From positions 1 to 59,274 of the forward strand of contig JAVEBF010000011.1 of NCBI GenBank assembly GCA_051941275.1: a stretch of DNA of 59,274 bases, given 5' to 3'. Below are positions 11,801 through 23,900 of this stretch, piece after piece; the stretch's first letter is position 1; every line of letters begins with the position of its first letter. The stretch comes from Dirinaria sp. TL-2023a. Lineage: Eukaryota. The notes beneath the pieces are model-generated. The model was not told the origin of the DNA and searched no databases. It saw nothing but the letters and a program-made list of their open reading frames with translations. Position numbers and translations under genes: made by a program.

Positions 11801-14709
11801 GTAGCTCCAGCGATCGGTGCTGATGGAGTGGAAGCGACAAGTACGTGCTTCGGCGCGGCGGATGGGCTTGATTGAGTTGCAGGCTGAATCTGAACAAAAT
11901 CCTTCTGCACAGGCATCGCATCGCCCTTGACTTCTGGCATCTCCGCGTCTGAGTCTTCCGGCGTTGCATCGGAGCCTTGATTGTCTGACAGAATCTCGGC
12001 GTCGTTTTGCGAGTCAGGGACTCCGATATTGATACTAGGATCATAGCCACCCTCTTCATCAATGTCCGTGACGTCGAAATTGGCAGAGAGCATTTCGACG
12101 TCCTCCTGCTTGAGCGCAACGTCTGAGGCCTTGAGTTTCTTTTCTCGGTTCTCCGGCGTATCTCCCTTGGTACCGTCTTCAATGGCCCTCTTTTTCTTAT
12201 TCTCAGGCGTGTCATCGGTCACAGTCTGGGTGGGAGCACCTGGGGGGGGATCGGTCTTCGGAGGCGGAGCTGGAGTTGGATTGGGGTCCTTTTCGTAGAT
12301 AGCCCATTCGTGAAGCTTCGTGCCGGTGGCGCGAAGCTCCAGGAATCTCGCAGTCGTCCCGTTCATGACACACAGCAGGGACTGGTTGGCGGCTGGCAGT
12401 TCTGTTTGCAGTTGTCCGCAAATCTTCTCCCAAAAAATTTTCAAGGCGACCACCATGGCCTTTACTCTTTTCTTCTCCCAAGCCGTTTTGGCCGCAGCGT
12501 CTTCTGTCTTGTTGCCTGTCGCATCAGGTTTAGGCATCGAGGCGTCCAAAATCCAGAACTTGTTCAGAGGGTTATCGGCCACTGTTCCGCTGTACAAATT
12601 CAGCAGCTGCTGAATGAAGACCTGGTGGTCATCCGTCAGGGTGGTAGGCAGGACGTCTGGGAGCTTGTTGAAGTTATCACAGCTAAAGCCATCGTCTCGC
12701 ACCATCCACACCGGCCACACAAATCCGTACACACGCATCCATCGCGGTTTGATCGAGAGGTACAACGCATGTAGATACATGAGTATTTCGGGCCCTGTAT
12801 GATGAGTAGAGTCATTATCATGAAATCATTGAGGAAGGTACGAGATTTGACGACGTGCTTGCAGGATCACAAAAGTGCAGACATCGATACAACGTTATTC
12901 TCAAATGCATCCAACTAGGCGGCCACTGCATATTGCAATGCCTGACCGACTGTTGAGGATGACGACAGTAAGGTACTAAAGCAACGCCATGACGTGACTT
13001 ACGCGGGTGTCCTGAGCAAAATCCGGTGTCAGCATTGTCTCGTTCGCATGACTCTTCGGAAAAGTATTTACCGTGATGATTTTTCTCCCCTGCGGGCGTA
13101 ATTACAACATTCGGTAGCAAAGTATTCAAAAGCAAAGACGACGTGGAGCCGGCTCCCCCGTGACTGCCATCGTCAGGGTTCACTCACTCTCCTGATTCTA
13201 GCAGCACTCACTGACTAATCTTCATGAATGTCGTCTTGGGATCAGAATTAGGTGCAGCTAAGAGCCAAGTGGCAATACCCCCTTCAACGTCCCAGAAAGC
13301 ATCACCAGCCTAGAACACAGTCATCAGATCCACCGTGAAAGACCAAGAATCGTGCTTCAGAGAGCAGACAGGCCGTGAGACCTGCCATGGCAGAACACCT
13401 ACCATAAAGTGCCACAATTTCCAAGACGTCCCTTCGGGTGCGTTGTCAAGAGTATCGGTCGTTGAACTCAGAATCAAGCAAGCAATTGACGGGCAGTTCA
13501 TGGCTGCCGCGGTATTGCGGACACCCGTATATCGCTTCCCTAAAGACACAGACCTCTCGTCCACAATCCGTACAATCGGATGATGCACAAAGTTGTCGTT
13601 GGTTTTGGGTGGTGTTGGCTTGACAGGGGCTGCGACCGTGGCCGATGCAGCCAAAGGCGTGTTCCCAAGGATGACCTGATCGCCGGCAACGATGAACATG
13701 CGCGGCCCCATTGACTTTGTCAAAGAATGCGCTTTCATCAGCTGCCCCGGATTCTTGATGTTCGCGTATGTGCCCGCCGGCAATGGCTTGTTGTAGAAGA
13801 CGTCCACTCCCAGGTATTCGGAATAGTCGGCAACCACCTTGCAGAGATCAAAGAACTTAAATCCCTTCTTCGTAGCCTTGCCGCTCCCGATCTTGTAGGT
13901 GTAGTAGCCAAGCAGCCCCAGCGTGTTTGGGCCCCCAGGTGTGTAGCTGCCGCCGCCTCCTCCGCCGATGCCATGATTGCAAATGAAAGTCTTGCCACTC
14001 ATACTCACCTTGGGTCTGCTGTCTGATTTATCCGTGCCCAGGCGAAAGTTATCGTTGCGGTTAGTGTCAATGTACGGCATGTAGAAGGTTGTCAACAATG
14101 TCGCAGGCGCGATGGCGGTTGGGTCAGGCGCTGGGCCCGGGACAGGAGCAGCCCTGAAGATAGTCGTCGGTTCCCCACCGGCATACTTGAAGAGAGGCAC
14201 TTGGAGACCTGCTACCGTCACTGCTAGCTGCTTGATCTGGTCTTTCTTGCTGGTCTCGGAAGCTGTTTTCAATGCGTTGAGATCATCACGAGTATTTAGG
14301 TAATTCGATATGCTTTCCTGAAGGAGGTCTTTGAGGCCTCCCCAATGGTCGATGTCCCAATGCGTAAGAATCACAGAATCAAATTGCAGCTTGCCCTTGG
14401 TCTTGGTAGGGGCGAAGGTATAGCTGTTCTCAATTCTTTCGATGCAAGCTTTGATAGGCTCCTTGCCCGTGGACAATCCGCCGTCAATCAAGACAGCTCG
14501 ATAGATGACGGGCCATTCTGCTGAGTCCGTGCTGTCGTCCTTTGCTGCGGAATCATCCACGAGCAGATGGATTGCAGCGTCGCCAATAGTGACCTAGATT
14601 ATCATCAGCAATGCGGACATTTCTCGCTGGAGCAAGCCTGCAATGCTGGGTGTCTTTGAACGTGTCTTACATTGATATGATGACTATGGACAGATAGTTT
14701 GGTCGCCAT
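5808..14709 (-). CDS. Cluster gene A: giant protein (~2,600 aa) with N-terminal ComEC/Rec2-like MBL-fold metallo-hydrolase, acidic/Pro-rich linker, beta-rich middle region and C-terminal DUF6603-like region
   Basis: Hand splicing gives one open frame. Exons: 14709-14671 (MATKLSVHSHHIN), 14593-13403 (VTIGDAAIHLL..LIDGG..THWDIDHWGG..MNCPSIA..HFM), 13309-13212 (AGDAFW..MKIS), 13163-13072 (HHGG..NHH), 13011-13003 (GHP), 12794-8785, then about 10 more exons to the stop at 5808. All junctions checked are GT..AG. C-terminal motifs GPLTIHNIGL, LDATVALGP, GFGYN, YAELG, CHLVGGFA, GDWVFTVGGYHP and YFAITPKACMGGG are recalled as DUF6603 features. Confidence 0.85.
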
Positions 14710-15762
14710 TGCGACTTTTTCGCTGTCTTCTTGATCAGCTCATCTACGTGTAGGAGAAACACATCGTTGTCAATCAATGGCGTGCTCCTGTGTGCTGGAT
14801 TCAACTCCCAACATAGCCTCAAGATATGCAAGTATCATAGTTTGTATTACCCGGCCTCTCTATCTCGCCTGAGAGTGCGTCCGTTTTAAGAGACTATGCC
14901 CGAGATGGAGGAATGCTGCCATAGTCTTTGCAAGCAAAGACGGCGTTATTGATGAGGAAAAACCAAGGCAAGTCTAGCCGTGGCAGCGCTTTTCATCACG
15001 CTCAAAAGCCACCAGAAATCGAAGCGTGAAGCACAGATACGGTCATAGATGTTCAATCAGACCCGTTAGCGCTCTCGTATATGCAGGTGTGTCGGCCGCA
15101 ATGCGACGCCGGCTTTGATGGCTCGAGCGATCTTGATGCTCCCGACAGATTCCTTCCGTACCGCATCTCGCAGAATGATCTAGACCATCGGATTTCACGT
15201 GTGGCGCATTGAACATCTTGCTAGGGTCAATTTGGTATCATCACTACTACTTGAGGGTTATGACAAGTCATAGGCGTAGGCGCCAGCAGCCAATGGGTCT
15301 ACCCGTTGCCATTACTTCGTGTTTCAGTCTTCGAAGCGTTCGTGGATACGAGATGTGATCTTGGCGACAGATTCCTTGTCACGTTTCTCCGTGATGCTGA
15401 AGACCGTAAACTCTGCACATGACACTCAGTGGCGAGATGACATTTTGACTGTCGACGCTCTGAAAGCAAGAAAAAAGCTATTCGAAGTTTGCGTAGAGAG
15501 AAATTGCAACCCTAACCCTGACCACTTGGCAGTGCTAACTAAGGTACCTTAATAATTCTGATCCAATTGGTGAGTTCGGGCTTCTTCAATGCCCTTCAAT
15601 GCCAATGGATGAAACCGCGTTCAGCCTCCCAGCAAAAGTGTAGATACTACGATTACAACACAACAAAGCTTGCTGCATTGTCACCGAATCAATACGTCAA
15701 ACTGATGGGCTGTGAGCTTGCAGGAATACGATCGCTAGAGTCTTGCGTCACGGTCTCCAGCG

Positions 15763-18700
15763 TCACTTCCTCTGCAGATTGATTTGCTGAACAGCCGAGC
15801 CTTGATTAACCCATTTGGTCTTTGCCCCATCTGCATAGAAACCATAGACCTCCGTCACGGTGATAAAGACCAAGGGCGGGAGCAAAGGCGTTCCCACGGT
15901 GATGTCTTTCCCCATGGGCCCGGCAATCTCCACCTCGTTCAACTTGAAACTCAACTGCGTGTTCTGCACCACGGGAATCGACAGATTGAGCGTGCGAGGA
16001 ATGACGCGCAGGTTTAGATACGCTGGTTGAACATCCATGTGCACCACCCACCGCTGGTTCGAGAGCATTCGAGCAGACGAGCCAGGTGACGAATTCACCG
16101 GGACGAGCCCTAATCCGCCCAAGATGTCATTCTGGATGCTCTTGCGGAGGGCTGGGTCGCCAATCGGGATTCGAAAATCGATCTCATGCAGCCTCAATGT
16201 CTGATTCACGATGATGGTGGGACTGTTGAGCACGATGCTGAAGACAATATCAGGCGGAAATGGATTCTTGGTATCGACGTATCGAGGCGGCGCCAGGTTG
16301 GGGAAAGTTTTGGTGTAGACAAATGTCGATGGGTAGATAGCGTATTGGAACTGGGATACCTGGGGCAGCGGAGGTAGATTCGGGAACGGGTTCGAGGATA
16401 TCGCACCGCCAGGCGTTGCCATACCCAGATTGAGTGCTGGTATACCTGAAGCGCTGCTTGAAGGCGCTGCCGTTGCTGGAGAGTTCGAAGCGGCTGACGT
16501 TGTCAACACAGCTGGGCTCTTGGATGCAAGCTCTGTACTAGTTGCAGAGGTATCAATAGGCATGGTTTTCCGCTGGAGAGCAGCCGCACTCGTCAAAGTA
16601 TTCAAAGCCTGGGGCGTCTTGGCAAGGGACTGTGCTTGGATTGTGGCAGAGCTGGTGGGCAAAGGTTTGGGCAGCTGCTGCTTCACGACAGGTACGCTTG
16701 ATGTCGGGCCGGATACGACTTGAGGGGGGCGAGCAGACTGGTCTGCGATTGCTAAATGAGTGCCTGCCTCGACTGGAGGGGCAACGGACGAAATGGTATC
16801 CACGTAGAGCTGTCTCGGCAGGGTTATACCAGCTGGTGTCGTCACCGTAATGGTCGAAGGCAAGACTTCCAGGTACTTCACTGTGTCGTTTAGCTGGATG
16901 GCCGTCATGCTGCTTGTGAGCAGTGGTTTGACCGGAGGACCCCATTCGGCCGGCATTTCCTTGACCAGTCCATCCGAGCTACCGAACAGCTCCTTTTCGA
17001 TCTCAGCGAAGTTGAGGCATCGTGAAGTCCAGTCGTAGGCCAATGAAGTGTTATTGATCCTGGCAAACTTGTGAGGCTCGCCAACTTCATGCAAGGCGTC
17101 ATTCGCTGCAGCTTGAGATGCCGCCGTTCTATAAACCTTCCGAAACATAAACTCAATTGCGCTAGCATCAAGACTGTCCCCGGCACTAAAACACTGCTGG
17201 TGCACGGGCTGAGTGAAGCGTATCGACGAAATCTTGCCGCTGTCTGGAAGGCGGTCAAGCAGGACCATAAGAACATCACCGGCCACTCGCTTCTGCATAA
17301 GGATCGGCGCCAGTCCACTCTTTGGTCCTTCCGGTTCATGTATAGTCAGTTGAAGGTCGGGGAAGACCTTCACCACGGCCGAACGAAGGAAGAAGCCATA
17401 GAGCGGGACTTGAGGCAAATGACCGCTGCCAAGCGGGGTGGAAAGGTACCGGTTGATTTCAACCTTGATACTCTGACGAATAGCGTCGTCATCACGCGAG
17501 AGATGATTGGCCACGCTCAAGGCGCCGTCGATCATACAATCCAGCCATGTTGGATCAATATGAAAGAATCGGATAGACTCGGCGGGGAGATGAGCTGGAT
17601 CGGTGATGAGATAGTGAAGCGGGATGCCATCGAGATACAACTTGTCCATAATCCAGTTGAACAGGAATGCCCAATCGGTTGAGACGGGTGAACTCAAATC
17701 GTTAAAAGGGACAGCGGCTGCAGGGACAGTCGCTGCCATCATCACTCTGGCAGTGGACGCTGGACGGGCTTGCTCCTTCAAAGGAGCTGCTGAAGCTAGA
17801 TGAGCCATGCTGCTCTGAACGCCTTCGACATATGCACTTTTCCACCCCGGGTCTTTGATATCTCGGCGTGTCTTGGCTACCTTTTTGCCGGCGTCGATCC
17901 ACCGATCCTTCAAAGAAGGCGGCTCACTTTGGCCCTCGAAAGGCTTCGATAGCTGTACAAGCGTCTTCGCGGTGGCTGGAAGGGCGTTTAGAGCTTGAAC
18001 TTTACTTGTTGCTGTGACCTGTGGGTCGGCGACGGCCCTGTCAGCTGCCGCTGCACCGGCGGTGTGGGCTCTTCCACGGATCCGCATGAGTGCGGCTACA
18101 AACGCCATGTCTGCAGACGCAAGCGTCTTGCCGAATTGGAAGGCAGACGAATACGATACGTCCATGATTCCGACCCGTGAATCCAGGATCTGGAAGTCTT
18201 GGCCATTGTTGGAAAATGAAGGAAGAGCTGTCGGTCGCGCGACAATGACCGGAGCCAGTGGCGACCGAGTGAAAGCTACGGTAGGCTGTCCTGGACCAGT
18301 CCGATAACGGACCAAGGAATATCCGTCAAAGAAGCGTTCCTTGAGTACCGACTGAAGCGTCGATTGTTCCGCGGCGTCGGTGATATTGTGGAGAGCGTTG
18401 CTGGACAGCTGAGCGAGGACCGAATCGGAGTGACGCAGCAAAGAGCTTTGGGTCTCGATTTGCTCGCCTATGGCTCTCATGGCTACGGCAAACATCAGTA
18501 ATTGCACAAGGTCTAGAGGGTTTCACCTGCAGTCATACCATCCACAAAATTGACACTCAATGGGGGCTGGCAGAGATACGTCCAAGAGTAAAGAGAGACG
18601 AGCGCGACTAGATCGTTTGCCGGCGGCATGGTCATGTTTTCAATGTACTCGAGATTCAGGATATGAACCGCCTGAGTCCGTGGCGCCGTATTTTGAGCGA

Positions 18701-19685
18701 TATCGGTGGGACCGGTGCGGAGAGAATGGAGCACACTGAAAAGTCCAGTATCTTCGACACCTGAATCCGCCATACCCTGGGTATTGATATTGCGGACGTG
18801 CTGTTCCGGTCAGGAAGCAGACCATGGATTCATGAAGGAGTGTGGACTTACAGCACAGTATCGGAATTGGCTCACGTCTAGCTTGGCGGCATCTGTTCGA
18901 GATTGGAAAAGACGACAAAAGAGGGAGCCGTTCATGAAGATGACCTGCACGGGCGTGTTATCATTCTGCATGTCCGCCCAGTCACCGTTAGTTCGAAAGG
19001 GCGGTATATGAACCGGCGTCGCGCTCTTCGATGACGGCGAATCCAATTGTAGATATTGTGAAAGTGGCATTGTGATAGTCGCAGTCGTCGACTGAACCAC
19101 GGCCGAGCCATCGGAAGGGGTGTAGACGGCCCCCGAGCCAGCCAGCTGATCTGATGTCAAGCGAAGCTCTTGTGCAGTGTCAGGGCCATTGATATCGAAG
19201 GGCAAAGCGGCCAGCCAAGGAACCACATCGTCATCATCAAAGTCGTTGTTGGCTACGGCCACAGCGCGTTCCCATGGGGTATGAGGGTCGTTGAAGACAA
19301 TGTGAGGCAGGATCATGGGCTGGTCTGCGTGGCCTTGAGGCGGATAGGTCGAATGAACGGCATTAGGATCGAGGGCGAAACGTGGAGCGACAACATTGAA
19401 GCGTTGAGTACCCGGATTATCGGGGGGACTGCTGATGTTGTTGGTACTGGCGGGAAAAGGCCCTTGGGGAACCTGGACCTGCTGATTGATGTTGATCGTG
19501 TAGACTCCGCCCTCAAGAGCAGGTTTGTAGTAGTTGATCAGCTGGACATCGCCCGATGCTGCGAGAGGAAGAGCCGTCTCTTCAGCGCTCTCGGCCTGAG
19601 AGCTCGCCGTCGCCAGGTTCTGCGCCTGATTGCGGATCACCAGGGTTCGTGGCCGGACGCGCGTGGTGCTCATAGTCGTCGACAT
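15763..19685 (-). CDS. Cluster gene B: uncharacterised ~1,270-aa protein (conserved core, A/P/S/T linker, C-terminal beta-rich domain)
   Basis: Three exons from ORFs 18810..19685, 18513..18773 and 15763..18507, joined by GTAAGT..ACAG (YCA|HVRNINT) and GTATGA..GTAG (FVD|AMRAIG). Motifs YYKPALEGGVYTI, APRFALD, LPHIVFNDPHTPWER, PWLA, AHVR, LVSLYSW, RSPLAP, DVSYSSAFQFGKTLA, IPLHYLI..LPAESIRFFHIDPTWLDCMIDGALS, GFFLRSAVV. Confidence 0.85.
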
Positions 19686-20119
19686 GACGATACAGCGGAG
19701 CGTGCTGGAAGAACCTTCGCCGTGGGATCAAGGCGGGTACCAAAGACTGGTAGAAGCCTGACAGCCCTCCTGCAGGTAGAGTGTAAGGTCGAGTAGGGAG
19801 CGTCTTGGTGTGAGAAGACTGGAGAAAAGCCACCACGAGCCATAGTTGCTGGGAGCCCAAGTACCATGGCATACAGAGCGTCGACTAGCCGCAGCATATG
19901 CATCAGCATCGTGTTCGTGTCGGCGGCTTCTTTTGGCGTCGTTGATGCGTTGGAGTTGTGGCCAATAATGAACTTCCTTACGATGGTTGGTGGTGATGGT
20001 GTTCGGGAGACTTGGGACGGGAATGAGCCTAGCGCTATCTGGAGTCCTGATAGATGATAGATCGATCGAAATCGGATCGGGAATTCTTTATGCAGGTGTC
20101 AATGTGAATATGGAAGCAC

Positions 20120-20410
20120 TGAGGTATAGGGTACGAGGTTACAGAACTTACAGGTACCTTAGCTTGCCGAGTACGAAGGGGAGAGAGTTACTCCGTACAT
20201 GATACTACTAAGATACTAAAGTACCTACCGTATTAGAAGCTTTCTATCAATCGCTTAGACCCATGGTAAGATGATCTAAGATAAGGTACCTAAGGTAGTT
20301 CCTGTTCCGTGCTCGAGCCGTGGTACCTTTTGGAGCTTAAGGTACCTTACCTTACCTTACTAGTATAAGCCTTAAGGTAGGTACTCCCCTAACCCTAAGT
20401 AAAGTATTTT
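20120..20410. promoter_or_regulatory. GGTACC-palindrome-rich segment with a telobox (CCCTAACCCTAA, 20387..20398) in the divergent B/C intergenic region
   Basis: AGGTACCTTA at ~20152, TAAGGTACCTAA at 20282, TGGTACCTT at 20321, TAAGGTACCTTA at 20338..20349, and (CCTTA)3. A regulatory role is inferred from position only. Confidence 0.3.
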
Positions 20411-20948
20411 CTTTCTCCCTTAGCTCTGCAGCCTCGGTACAAGTTGCCTCATTAGCCGCCATACACGAGGGCTGACACATTCGAGTGACGCTTTCCATCG
20501 ACGGCGTGATCTAGTTCTTCATGTCTTGCACCCTCGCATCCTCAGTAATATATCTGCGACTTTCTACTGAGCACGATATGCAAGCCACTATCACCTCGTA
20601 TTTGCCCTTGCAAATTTTACGCTGCCTGAAGGGTCTCGACCCCAAGCCCGCCCGCCAGCCAGCCAGCCAGCCAGTTGTGTCCCAAGATACACCAAGAACG
20701 ACAACCCAATGCAGCGCAACAGGAAGCTGCGGAAATATGCGACGATGGCAGATGCCGCACTGACTTGGCTCGATGAGGCGCTATCTTCTGGCATCTCTTT
20801 GAGATCGATGAAAACTTTCCCCGCATGATGGTCGTGAGCAGGACAAGAGCTTGTACTTCATACTATCCACTCCGCAGCTCTGGGGACTCATGGAGTGAAA
20901 AAGCATACAAGACTCGGTTCAAAGCAAAGGGTACCATAGCTCTCCGTC

Positions 20949-23900
20949 ATGTCTGGTTCTAGCTCTGGTGGCTCCACAACTGCTTCCCAAGCGACAGTGC
21001 TTGTTCCCTTGAAACTCAACGCTTTTGCCTTGACCCCCGGCACATGTGCGAATACCAACAAGTACTCAATTGCTCCCATTGCCCAGCCAAACTACACGTT
21101 TCTCAGGTTGCACGACAATCTCATTGTGCCGGATATCCTCGACCATGTTGACCTCCATCAAGTCTCTCCGGCAAACCTGAATCCGCGCTTGACAGATCTT
21201 GGGACTGGCCAAACGCGTCAGAACCGGTTGGGTGTCTATATTCACTGGACTTTACCTCCCCTCTACCGTTCTGGGTCTGCTGCTGCTCCTACCGCATCAG
21301 GGACCGCCGATTTGGCTCAAGCAGATCGAAAGCTTCGTCAAGGGTTCCCGGCTTCCTCAGCAGCTGCCCCGAGCTTTGGAGCAGCAACAGATTACAGTAC
21401 TCCAGACTTCAGACCCGTACCCAATCGATGGTGAGTCAATTGGCCGACTTGTTCTCTCAATGCTCATCATCAGCAGGCTGGTTATTCGACATATCAATGC
21501 CGCGTCGATTGCACCAGCTGGAACCAAAATTCCAGAGTTCCAGTCCTGGGTCATTGAATCTGATCGCCTCAGGAACATCAACGATGACGACCTCACTGGT
21601 GCGGACCTTGAAGTCGACGTCTCGCCTTCGACCAACCCGGTCTTGTTGGATCCGTCCAGCGGCACTGTCGTAGAAGGACAGGCCGAAGCCTTCATCGGTC
21701 AATGCACCCCTGCAGCTTCATGGAGCGAGAGTGCCGCGAGTGCAGGAAGTCATATCGACCTGACGGTCATGACCTCCTCCAACCCGCTGTTTGCCGACTA
21801 TCAGCCCCACAACAGTAATGTCTTCAGCTTCGTGGACAATTTCAGCTACACCACTGCATCGGGCTCAACAGGCTATCTCACCAAGGCTATTTGTGACTAT
21901 CAGGTCATTGGGTGGCACTCGAGTAGCGATCATGATCCCTTCACAACCGATCCCAGAGTGTCTTCTCCACCACAGGCAAACCGTCTCCAGGACTGCCAAT
22001 TGGCTCTCAAGAATGGTGATTCGGCCTCCGCCATCGCTTGGTTGAACTCGAATGCTGCGACACGCGTCTTGTGCCATGCTACCATGTACGATGTTGCCTA
22101 TGACGTCGGGAGCGTCCCGCCGACGGTATTGGCAAATACTGCAGGGCAGCTGCTCCAGCAGAGTCAGTCAATCGCTGTCGGTGTCACTCCTCTTGATGTA
22201 AGTATGCTCTGAGGCGGAGCTGCGATCCCCATCACGTCACAGACTTGCATTCCAGCCGCACCCATACTATTCCTATGCCTTCCCACCCCTGAAGAGCAGC
22301 ACATCGTGAATCTCGCTTACCTAGACCCTCAGGCGCTCATAGCTTATTGCCGTGCACATGAGACGACGGACGCGACCAACTTGGCAACGCTTGAGCAGGA
22401 TCTGCTTCGCATACAAACGCTCTTGCTGAGCGGAGAGAGCGACGATGTTGATGCTCTCCAAGCGGCTGCAGACGAGAGCTTCGAACAAGCCTTTACCCGA
22501 AGCGATGGCGGCACGGTATGGCACTTTCATCAGGAAAGCGATCCGAGCAGTGTACCTAGTACAGACCAGGTGACAGCAATCAGGACTCTGAATCAAAATC
22601 AGAAGGTCTTCGATAGTGCTGCGCGGGAAACGGCGAGCAAAAGATGGGAGCTGTTTGCGCAGTGGTGGCTTTGGGGTGAGGCTTACCATATTGTGCTTAT
22701 GGGCGTGCAAATGATTAACTCAAATGGCGACAGTGTCCGGATTCGGTCAAAGCCAGAGTACTGCGACGTTCCAGTCGAATGTAGCCAGTGTAGCACAGAG
22801 ACTTTCCGACCTGACGGGTGCGGCAGGGAGACAGATGGAGCTCGCCAATAATATCAACTCAGCCAAGAGCTCTCTCTCCAATTTAGCTACTAATCAGCAG
22901 CCGCAACAGGGAACCGACGATCGTTTCTATCAGCGTAAAGATCCCACCGTTCTTTTCGGGAATATTCAAGCAGGTTTCGAGAGTGATTTCAACACTGCGA
23001 CTAAAGTACGTCTGCAGGATCAAGGTGTGTTTCCTCTTTGAAAGTTCCCTCGAATCCGGCAATCAACACAGTAATCCGACGACTCTGACAAGCCCATCAG
23101 TCGTCACTCCCCCAGCTGGTGCGCTCGTTACTGGCTGGGCTACGCTTCCAACCACTCTTACTTCCATCATTCCCAAGCTTCCTGTATCGCTGCAGTCAAG
23201 CGCTCAGGCTTTGGCCATGGAGTTCTATCAACTCAGAACCAGCAATAATGTGACATCAGCAACGCTGCCGCAGGTGTTACCCTGGTTCCACGATGAGGCC
23301 GCGCGTTCTGAAAGCCGTGGTCGAGATCGGTGGCAAGGCACGCAGCCATGGATGCCTCTGTTCATCGAGTATGAAGCAGTGTACTACCACATTCCATTTT
23401 CCAAGTGGAAGCTCAAGGAAGCTCCGATGCTTTCCAACTGGGGGGCGTCTGTACTTCAGTAAGTCCTTCGTGATTATCACCTGATATCAAAGCTTGACCT
23501 TTTGCAGCTACGGATTCAATGACGATGTCAGCAAAAGTTCCACAGTCGACGACAGGACTATTTCCGGCCGGGTCATCCTGGAGCCTCAGGCCGCTGCGAC
23601 TTTGAGCAACACCCTCACTCAAATTCTCCAAAACACCAACGAGGGCGACCTCGAGAATCTCTACGGAATGCCAAAGTCAGAACAAGCGAGTCTCCTGGCC
23701 AACATCAGTCAGATTGAGTTCGCCTCGTCAGGAATGTATAATCTTACTTCAGATCTTCTTACGTTGCAGCAAGGTGGACAGCATGTCAAGCCGACCATCC
23801 GTCTGACAAACTCCTCACCTATAGCAGTCCAAGCAGCTACGACGGCGGCTTCTGCTATTGGCTTCACGACTACATTAATGCAGGCCATGGACACGCAGAC

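Noticed and set aside
6092..14560. Separate ORFs 13310..14560, 12818..13183, 8659..12780, 8228..8581, 7722..8144, 7287..7592, 6484..7227 and 6092..6487 as independent genes or a frameshifted pseudogene
   Set aside because: Canonical GT..AG introns join them into one uninterrupted frame that restores conserved motifs (gene A).
9070..19796. Long plus-strand ORFs (9070..9771, 12310..12774, 17071..17682, 19170..19796)
   Set aside because: Antisense shadows of GC-rich coding exons in genes A and B, with no recognisable motifs.
20654..20673. (GCCA)5 microsatellite in the B/C intergenic region
   Set aside because: Ordinary short simple repeat.
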